IMG/VR virus record: IMGVR_UViG_3300029258_003251
From: a virus
Strand: one strand, 5' to 3'
Length of the DNA stretch: 37,935 bases
Position 1 is the first letter of the stretch; each line of letters begins with the position of its first letter. The translations under genes were made by a program, and so were the position numbers. The notes beneath the pieces are model-generated. The model saw only the letters and a program-made list of their open reading frames with translations, made no database searches and was not told the origin of the DNA. Below, one piece after another: positions 27,291-33,527 of this stretch.

Positions 27291-27629
27291 ATGAGCCAAT
27301 ACGGCGTACAGGAAACTAAAGAAGTTCTAGACCTAATGTTTGCAGGCGGTGGTGCAGTCAAATCTGCCCTAGCAGATGGTAAGCTTGATCTCAATGATTT
27401 GGCCTATCTCATGCCTGTGGTGATGAGTGCAGGCCCTGCTTTCCAAGACATCTCAAAAGTGCCTAAGGAATTAGGCGATCTTGATGAGGATGAGGCTAAA
27501 GACCTAGTGGCCTATATGAGCCAGAAGCTTGGGCCTTTGGTGCCAGAGCCTGTGCTTAAGGAAAAAATCGAGAAGGGTTTAAAATTAGCCCTTTCTCTGG
27601 CTGAATTTTTGATAGTATTAAAAAAGTAA
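27291..27629 (+). CDS. Hypothetical acidic protein (112 aa).
   Basis: GGGGGTAACA RBS. It is the last ORF before the lysis genes. Confidence 0.6.
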   Translation: MSQYGVQETKEVLDLMFAGGGAVKSALADGKLDLNDLAYLMPVVMSAGPAFQDISKVPKELGDLDEDEAKDLVAYMSQKLGPLVPEPVLKEKIEKGLKLALSLAEFLIVLKK

Positions 27630-27663
27630 GTGTTCATTATTTTCTTTCTCCTACAGTGTGCAA

Positions 27664-27712
27664 GCCAGGGTGAGTAGACCTAAGGAGCTAGGACGGAATT
27701 ACTCACCCTGGC
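27664..27712 (+). promoter_or_regulatory. Perfect 13-bp stem hairpin directly upstream of the endolysin start.
   Basis: GCCAGGGTGAGTA (27664..27676) pairs with TACTCACCCTGGC (27700..27712). The 23-nt loop contains TAAGGAG. The stem ends 6 nt before the ATG at 27719. Confidence 0.5.
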
Positions 27713-27718
27713 AATACT

Positions 27719-28225
27719 ATGAATATCTGGCCACAGCTTAAGCACTTTAAGAGATCTGAGAATTGGGGAGATCCCAAAAAGGTAGATCACAAACTCTTAT
27801 TCATCCTTGACGCATACCGAGAAGAATTAGGCATACCCCTCTATGTCTCTAGATCAGTAAGTTATGATAGAGAGCAGAGCCCACACTATCCAAATGAACA
27901 GGGGTTTTCTGAAGCGATAGATCTGTTCCCTCTGCTCTCCCATAACCCCGACTTAACGCTATGCGATTGTTATTTACTGGCCACCAGGTACCCGTTTTCA
28001 GGTATAGGCATCTATCCCTACTGGAGACTTACAAGACGCACCGCTCAGGGGCCTTTAATTGAAAAAGGGGGCATTCACCTAGATATATCAACCCGTAGGC
28101 CCCTGGGCCCTTATCGCGCAGCGGGCCATTGGATCGGATTACCACCTAGGCCAGAAGATCCAGAGAGAAAAAAACAATATGTGGAATTAAACTTATGGGA
28201 ATTAAAAAAGCATGGTTTGGTATAG
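27719..28225 (+). CDS. Endolysin candidate, a zinc peptidase of the M15/LAS (YcbK/VanY-like) fold.
   Basis: SPHYPNEQGFSEAIDL (H...D), SGIGIYPYW and GGIHLDISTR resemble M15A motifs. It sits in the lysis position. Confidence 0.55.
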   Translation: MNIWPQLKHFKRSENWGDPKKVDHKLLFILDAYREELGIPLYVSRSVSYDREQSPHYPNEQGFSEAIDLFPLLSHNPDLTLCDCYLLATRYPFSGIGIYPYWRLTRRTAQGPLIEKGGIHLDISTRRPLGPYRAAGHWIGLPPRPEDPERKKQYVELNLWELKKHGLV

Positions 28226-28908
28226 CCCTATTTCTATTTGGCTGTAGTGAGTATCAGCCCCTAGAGAAAGACTTATTTTATCCAAGGGATCTCCAATTTG
28301 AAGCTAATGGCACGGTCTATACAGGGGCAGCTACCCTACCAGAAGCTAAAGAGTATAAACTCATCATTGAGCCTAAAGATGAGGTGCCGGAGCTATTCAT
28401 CATGCGCACCTGCCACAGAGAATTGACTTTTGAGAAAGATGAAAAAAAGCTGGGCTTCATTCCTCTGGGCAGTAACAAATATGAATACACCTATATACCA
28501 GTGCCAAACTCAGAAACTAACAGGGTATGCCCACTGAGAATGTCGGCCTTTGATAGTGATCATAATCAGCACAGATGGGCTCACGTCGATTTTGATAACC
28601 CCTATATGTACAAGCTTACAGACTGGGATCTCATTTGTGGTGGGGAATTCAATAAAACAAAGCACGGCGGAGTGGGGGTATGTCAGCAGAGAGTGGGCAC
28701 GCTACAGGTGGTAGAGTTTAAAGAAGAGGTGCGGTGGGCCAGCCCCAAGCCAGATTACTGCAATGATCCCGTTTTGAAATATGGCCATAGATGGGAAATC
28801 AAACTCATTGAGAAAGAGTGCCTTTATCATGGCTATAATAAAAAACGTGAGCTAATGAGGCTTACCACTATTGGCTTTAGCGGAGTAAGGGTAAATCGGC
28901 CACAGTAA
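28195..28908 (+). CDS. Cys-rich lipoprotein (237 aa).
   Basis: MGIKKAWFGIALFLFGCSEY with lipobox-like LFGC. It overlaps the endolysin 3' end. Confidence 0.65.
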   Translation: MGIKKAWFGIALFLFGCSEYQPLEKDLFYPRDLQFEANGTVYTGAATLPEAKEYKLIIEPKDEVPELFIMRTCHRELTFEKDEKKLGFIPLGSNKYEYTYIPVPNSETNRVCPLRMSAFDSDHNQHRWAHVDFDNPYMYKLTDWDLICGGEFNKTKHGGVGVCQQRVGTLQVVEFKEEVRWASPKPDYCNDPVLKYGHRWEIKLIEKECLYHGYNKKRELMRLTTIGFSGVRVNRPQ

Positions 28909-28918
28909 GGGGGGGCAT

Positions 28919-29110
28919 ATGTGGAGTGTAATCATTACCGTAGTATTGCAGATAGTGGGCTTTATCTTAGAGCGGATCAATGCCAGTAAAGAGACAAAAC
29001 AGAAGTTTTTTGAGTTTGTGAAAGAGGCTAGCAATGATGTGACTAGCACCAAACTGGCTGAGTGGGGAGAGCAGCAGCTAAAAGAAATTCATGAGGCTAA
29101 GTGGGATTAG
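28919..29110 (+). CDS. Small single-TMD membrane protein, a holin or spanin-like candidate.
   Basis: GGGGGGGCAT RBS, an N-terminal hydrophobic MWSVIITVVLQIVGFIL and a charged C-terminus. Confidence 0.5.
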   Translation: MWSVIITVVLQIVGFILERINASKETKQKFFEFVKEASNDVTSTKLAEWGEQQLKEIHEAKWD

Positions 29111-29339
29111 ATTCTTTTTTTACTAGCTTTTCTAAAAGTCCGGTCTGCTTTACTGATTCTGTCTTTAACTCAATCAAAGTCTCAAACATTTTGGCGGTGA
29201 TAGATCCCTTGAGCCCATTACCATTTCTGTTCTCATTTCTGGTTTTCACATAGCCGAATATCTCTTTAATGATGAGATAGACCGCAAATATCCCAAGGCC
29301 CACAGGCCCTGCCGTTTTGACTATTTCAAATTCAGACAA
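29097..29339 (-). CDS. Small single-TMD membrane protein.
   Basis: AGPVGLGIFAVYLIIKEIFGYV hydrophobic segment. It lies downstream of the VRR-NUC gene on the - strand. Confidence 0.55.
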   Translation of the reverse strand: MSEFEIVKTAGPVGLGIFAVYLIIKEIFGYVKTRNENRNGNGLKGSITAKMFETLIELKTESVKQTGLLEKLVKKESNPT

Positions 29340-29689
29340 GAGAGATCCCCCTGGTATAGCTGCCTAGTGAACAGAATGGCATCGTCAAGACTTCTGGCCA
29401 CCCCTACTTTAGCCCCGTGTTTTTCTTTAAGCTTTAAGAATTCCCTTTGAGCTACTGTCAGTTTACCACCCTTTTTCTTAACCTCTAAATAACCCATATT
29501 GCCACGGCACAGTATGGTGAAATCTGAGTGGCCTATCTGATCTTGATTAGGGATGAATTTCTGACTAGGCCCATTGCCATAGATCTTTCCGGTAGTAGTT
29601 ATTCGGTTAAAAGTAAGAAGATCCCGGTTTTCCTGAATAGTGAAATAATGCTTGATGCTTTTTACCAAAGCTTTTTCTGATGGATTCAT
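29321..29689 (-). CDS. VRR-NUC domain nuclease (PD-(D/E)xK fold).
   Basis: GHSDFTIL...GYLEVKKKGGKLTVAQREFLKLKEKHGAKVGVARSLDDA matches the VRR-NUC D...E-x-K...Q pattern. Confidence 0.7.
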   Translation of the reverse strand: MNPSEKALVKSIKHYFTIQENRDLLTFNRITTTGKIYGNGPSQKFIPNQDQIGHSDFTILCRGNMGYLEVKKKGGKLTVAQREFLKLKEKHGAKVGVARSLDDAILFTRQLYQGDLSCLNLK

Positions 29690-29719
29690 GAATGGGAATT
29701 TTAGCAGGAAAAAAAGGGA

Positions 29720-29999
29720 GCTACTAGCCGTGAAGGGCCAAGCCAGATTCTATCGTCGGGAGAATTATGGCTTTACTAGTAGCCCCCTCTAAGTGAGCTA
29801 ATCGATGTCAATACCCTGTAACACGATCTTGCGTATTACTCAAGACCGTGTTATAAGAATATCACTGAATTGACATACTGCAATATAGCACCTCTCACGA
29901 TTTCTATGCAAGCGTCAATTCAGTAAAATGCTCATGGCAGATAGGGGCTAGCCACCAAAAGCACCAAACTCCTTGATGCGTTAGGGAGTGGCTAGCCCC
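29720..29999. promoter_or_regulatory. Inverted-repeat-rich divergent control region.
   Basis: Four inverted repeats. GCTACTAG (29720) pairs with CTAGTAGC (29776). AACACGATCTTG (29820) pairs with CAAGACCGTGTT (29841), with 1 mismatch. ACTGAATTGAC (29864) pairs with GTCAATTCAGT (29914). GGGGCTAGCCAC (29944) pairs with GTGGCTAGCCCC (29988). Confidence 0.45.
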
Positions 30000-30030
30000 G
30001 CTTAAACAATGTTAAAAAGGAGAAAAACAA

Positions 30031-30336
30031 ATGGCTAGACATAAGAAAATATTCAGAGATACCTCTGAAAAAATCGAACTATTAAGTAAATGGAAAAATC
30101 TACAAGATCAAGGGCTCAGCGCTTATGCTGCGGCTAAGAGGCTTGGAGTGCCTGCCCCCAGTCTTTTTGGCTGGGATAGGAAAGGTATTCATAAAATAAA
30201 GGGAAATAATGGCAATAGCCGAATAGTGCCCAGGAGCACTCAAAAGATACCAGCCAGCATTCTCCTCATGTTAGAGGATGATGATGTACCGCCCACTAAA
30301 AAGATCGCCCTTATGGAAACCTACTTTGGCACCTAA
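30031..30336 (+). CDS. Helix-turn-helix DNA-binding protein.
   Basis: AAAAAGGAGAAAAACAAATG start context and the HTH-like GLSAYAAAKRLGVPAPSLFGW. It converges on and overlaps the E1 gene stop by 4 nt. Confidence 0.65.
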   Translation: MARHKKIFRDTSEKIELLSKWKNLQDQGLSAYAAAKRLGVPAPSLFGWDRKGIHKIKGNNGNSRIVPRSTQKIPASILLMLEDDDVPPTKKIALMETYFGT

Positions 30337-31058
30337 GGCATGGTTTGGGGGGCATCCAAGAGGTGCCCCCTCATTTGATTGGCCCCCACATGCCACTCAA
30401 CTATCCGGTAATAATTCCTATGGCACAGCCTGTCCTTTATGATCTTACATATGAGCCCGCTTATCAGCAGCACAGTATAAATAGTGCTCCTGGCTGTACA
30501 GGGCTCCTGTATTGAATTCTCATCACTATGCAAGGTCTTCTCATACATCTCCTGGTCTTGGGGCATATCTGGCCTTATGGCAAATACCCTCAAGTATTCT
30601 GATGCCATCCTGGGATCTATGAGTAGTTCAGCCTCAGGGTTATTTTTTTGGTTTTCCCAAATCATTTTCCTCACAGCCATAGAATCTACAGCGCTTATAG
30701 TTATACCAGGCCCTAATCCCTGCCCCGCATAAAAGTCTGGGGCATAAGAAATAGATCCACCCCCCATTCTGAGCACTGTCTCATAAAGCTTGGCTACTTT
30801 TTTATGGCCCACATCTTGGCCCCCATAAAACTGGGCATTGAGATTTTCTATTTCCACATCATCCCCATCCCAAACATCTATATTAATAAATCCCATCTTG
30901 GCCAGAGATAGAGTAGTAAAGCTACCCACAGCCCCTGCCCCAATAATAGTAATGGGTGTGCAAAGTATCTGCTCAGGGATAATATCAAACTGCCTAGTCA
31001 ATTCTTCTCGCATCTCCGTGCCACTCCTTATAGTCATAATAATATTCAAGCCACTCAT
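30333..31058 (-). CDS. E1-like ThiF/MoeB-family adenylyltransferase (short form). Alternative starts are at 31037 and 31013.
   Basis: ITIIGAGAVGS (Rossmann GxGxxG), DGDDVEIENLNAQ (ThiF D-x-D...NL-x-x-Q block), AVDSMAVRKMI and a candidate catalytic Cys in EPCTARS. Confidence 0.85.
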   Translation of the reverse strand: MSGLNIIMTIRSGTEMREELTRQFDIIPEQILCTPITIIGAGAVGSFTTLSLAKMGFINIDVWDGDDVEIENLNAQFYGGQDVGHKKVAKLYETVLRMGGGSISYAPDFYAGQGLGPGITISAVDSMAVRKMIWENQKNNPEAELLIDPRMASEYLRVFAIRPDMPQDQEMYEKTLHSDENSIQEPCTARSTIYTVLLISGLICKIIKDRLCHRNYYRIVEWHVGANQMRGHLLDAPQTMP

Positions 31059-31923
31059 CTATCTCTCTATCATCCATGCCATTAATATCTGCATTTGTGA
31101 AACTTAGGGCATACAGAATATCTAAATCACAAGGATCTAATGTGCGGTGTTTAGTACGCTGGGTATTATTGCGGTTGAGGTTTTCCCATTTGTAATCTTT
31201 TTTAGCTGCCTTTTTTTGTTTTTTAAGGGCATTGAAAAACTGCTTTCTGGTATATACCACAGCCACCCCATCAAAGGAGATTCTGATCTTGTTTTCTTTA
31301 ATTTCTCCTGGAGATACATACTGAACACTATCCCCTATAGCATAGTATCCACCCTTCAAATCTGCCTGTGTTTTGATCTCATCATTTATAGGCGCTCTCC
31401 AAGATCCCCCACTATAACCTGCCCAGGTTTTGGTTTTTACATTATCATCATATTCCTTATTCCATTGCTTCTCTAACTCACTATCATAATAAAAGACTGG
31501 TCTTGTGGGGATTTCATCTACAAAAATGGCAGGTAGCCCCGTCACTTTACCCTGGTAATAGCAGGATTTGATTTCTGCTTTAGTATTAAAGACAGAAGCT
31601 ATAAACCAGCCATTACTACCAAGATCTTTAACTGTCTCTTTATCTGTAGCACTCCAAAACACAGTGCCTTGTCCGTGGCTATGCCACCAGAAATTGAGGT
31701 GCCCAGGATCATCTTTTAACTCAAACATTGCTTTAGACAGATCCTCACCATCAATATCAGTGGCACCTCTTGAGTTTTCCTGAGGCAGTAGCATGGCATT
31801 GATCACCCTAAAACCATCCTCAATAATGACTACTTTACCCAAACCACTTACCTCTTGTGGTGATGCTTTCCTCACCCAGTACATTATCTTTTGGTAAACC
31901 AGATTATCGATTGTTATCTGCAT
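30994..31923 (-). CDS. JAB/MPN (JAMM) metalloisopeptidase with a ~170-aa C-terminal extension. The start is placed at the Met with a GGAGAG RBS.
   Basis: EVSGLG (conserved Glu) and HSHGQGTVFWSATD match the JAMM motif HxHx7Sx2D exactly. Confidence 0.85.
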   Translation of the reverse strand: MQITIDNLVYQKIMYWVRKASPQEVSGLGKVVIIEDGFRVINAMLLPQENSRGATDIDGEDLSKAMFELKDDPGHLNFWWHSHGQGTVFWSATDKETVKDLGSNGWFIASVFNTKAEIKSCYYQGKVTGLPAIFVDEIPTRPVFYYDSELEKQWNKEYDDNVKTKTWAGYSGGSWRAPINDEIKTQADLKGGYYAIGDSVQYVSPGEIKENKIRISFDGVAVVYTRKQFFNALKKQKKAAKKDYKWENLNRNNTQRTKHRTLDPCDLDILYALSFTNADINGMDDREIDEWLEYYYDYKEWHGDARRID

Positions 31924-32941
31924 TAGCTTCTCTCCGGACAACATTGTTTATAAGAGTATCGACTGCTATCCTGTCAATTTCTCTGCCTACCTCTGAAATA
32001 TTAGAGCCAGCATTTTTTTTTATTCCATTTTTTTGAGAGAGCATCCTCTCGTATTTCTCCCTAAACTTATATAGCTGTATATAAGGGCCTGCAGGTTTAT
32101 AGACGGTAAGCATGATCTGAGTTAACTTTAATACGCCATAAATATCAAACTTGGCATAACAATCTAGAAGGGCTTCACGTTGATTACCATAACAGAGATA
32201 CCCATCTCTAGAGCAGAATGGATGAATTCCGCCATCTACTAAAATATTATCTTTTCCCTTTTTTATTTGTGTGTGCATATCTTGAAACCAAAGCAGCACT
32301 CTATATTGGCCCATTGGCACAGAATAGTTTATAGCTTTAGCTGGATCTTTTTCACTAAGTACTATATGAGGGGTATTTAGCTCTAGGTGATCTTCGTATA
32401 GCCTGTGTATAGAGTAAAACCCCTCATCTATTATTTTAAATATCTGCTCACCCAAACTTTGCCCGTTAACTTTACTCGACAACTCCTGGAAGCTAAGCAT
32501 TAGATTGCAGTAAAGCGAGTTAAGGTCCCTTTGATGCCTGTCAATTCTACCCCTAATATCTCTAATATAGCTGTTTGATTGCCACGTCTCACTGGCATCT
32601 AAGTCTAGCTTTTTAAATTTGGTGTGGTAATAAGTAAACACCCTATCATCTAAGCTTTTTTTAAGGCTCAGATCTTTAAATTTCCCAGCTTCTTTCTCAT
32701 GCATAAAAAGCCTATTAAATTTTTTGGGCGGGAAAGGAATAAATTTCGAGCTAAAGTAATTCAGATAAAGGAACGCCATAGAGTCCAGCATATGCCCGCT
32801 GACTACGGTAACCATGTGATTGAGATTATCTGTAGCTTCTGAGACCTTATCCTCATCTAAATTTCTCTGTATCAAAAAATAAAGATCATCTATTGAGAGC
32901 CTATTCCCATATTGGTAAATAATATCGCTTTTTAGAGACAT
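31904..32941 (-). CDS. E2-like (UBC-like) protein with a large N-terminal domain of unknown function. An alternative upstream start is at 32992.
   Basis: The C-terminal region GIHPFCSRDGYLCYGN resembles the UBC HPN...Cys active-site block. It sits between the Ubl and JAB genes. A GGGGGATTCTT RBS precedes the ATG at 32941. Confidence 0.55.
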   Translation of the reverse strand: MSLKSDIIYQYGNRLSIDDLYFLIQRNLDEDKVSEATDNLNHMVTVVSGHMLDSMAFLYLNYFSSKFIPFPPKKFNRLFMHEKEAGKFKDLSLKKSLDDRVFTYYHTKFKKLDLDASETWQSNSYIRDIRGRIDRHQRDLNSLYCNLMLSFQELSSKVNGQSLGEQIFKIIDEGFYSIHRLYEDHLELNTPHIVLSEKDPAKAINYSVPMGQYRVLLWFQDMHTQIKKGKDNILVDGGIHPFCSRDGYLCYGNQREALLDCYAKFDIYGVLKLTQIMLTVYKPAGPYIQLYKFREKYERMLSQKNGIKKNAGSNISEVGREIDRIAVDTLINNVVRREANADNNR

Positions 32942-32961
32942 AAGAATCCCCCAGATAATTA

Positions 32962-32989
32962 CCCGCCCCCCATAAAGCAGAGGGGCGGG
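32962..32989 (-). promoter_or_regulatory. Intercistronic GC hairpin between the Ubl and E2-like genes.
   Basis: CCCGCCCC (32962..32969) pairs with GGGGCGGG (32982..32989), an 8 G-C-only base pairs, around a 12-nt loop. Confidence 0.5.
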
Positions 32990-32998
32990 CATAATGGA

Positions 32999-33199
32999 TT
33001 AGGCTCCCTTAGCATTAGGGGCAAAGGATACGTAGCAGAAATCCTCTAATTCCTCATCCCCATCCGCAGGCACACCATTGATAGAGGCAGAGTAATCATC
33101 TCCTGCTTTGATCTTTTCCCTAGCATCCTCTACCGTATTGAGCCCGCTAAATACCTGAGGATTGCCCCCAGCTACTTGAACAGTTACCTTTTTAGCCAT
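32999..33199 (-). CDS. Small ubiquitin-like (beta-grasp, ThiS/MoaD/Prok-Ub-like) protein of 66 aa, ending ...NAKGA.
   Basis: First gene of the E2/JAB/E1 operon, with an AAAGGAGAAAGCAAATG start context. KVTVQV...SINGVPADGDEELEDFCYVSFAP resembles the ThiS-like ..NG....L.DGD.V.... pattern. Confidence 0.55.
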   Translation of the reverse strand: MAKKVTVQVAGGNPQVFSGLNTVEDAREKIKAGDDYSASINGVPADGDEELEDFCYVSFAPNAKGA

Positions 33200-33241
33200 T
33201 TGCTTTCTCCTTTATTCAGTTGTTTTTTCAGCTAGTACAGA

Positions 33242-33307
33242 GTGTAATACTCCTGTAAAACAAGATATTACAAGCCTTTTTTAGAGCTTGACAAAGCGTG
33301 TAATACT
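33242..33307. promoter_or_regulatory. Divergent control region with three TGTAATA sites and a TTGACA -35 box.
   Basis: GTGTAATACT occurs at 33242 and 33298 as a direct repeat, with an inverted TATTACA at 33266. TTGACA is at 33288..33293, and the third site lies in its spacer. Confidence 0.4.
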
Positions 33308-33323
33308 GCATACTTATAAGGCC

Positions 33324-33527
33324 ATGAATACAATACTTAAAAGTGTCAGAATCACTAAGCAGCAGGATGAGGCTATCAAAAAAACGGGGGTAGAATTCTC
33401 ATTTTTAGTGAGATATGCGCTTGATAGTCTTTTGGCTAAAAAATCTTTAATAAAAAGACTGGCTGTACAGAAAGGGGGCAAGAGTAATGAGCCAAAAGAT
33501 ATTCGCCATAGGAGATGTGCACGGTAG
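33324..33527 (+). CDS. Ribbon-helix-helix (CopG/Arc-like) DNA-binding protein. The start is moved to the ATG at 33324.
   Basis: SVRITKQQDEAIKKTGVEFSFLVRYALDSLL fits a beta-strand/helix/helix RHH pattern. The track ORF begins at a TTG that is itself the TTGACA box. Confidence 0.5.
   Translation: MNTILKSVRITKQQDEAIKKTGVEFSFLVRYALDSLLAKKSLIKRLAVQKGGKSNEPKDIRHRRCAR

Noticed and set aside
28195-28908. Calling the lipoprotein a unimolecular spanin.
   Set aside because: It has no C-terminal transmembrane segment and is much larger than known u-spanins or o-spanins. It is kept only as 'lipoprotein'.
30484-31476. Plus-strand ORFs (30484..30732, 30838..31107 and 31147..31476) antisense to the E1 and JAB genes.
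   Set aside because: The minus-strand frames carry exact ThiF and JAMM catalytic motifs. The plus-strand ORFs have no motifs or RBS and are hydrophobic shadow frames.
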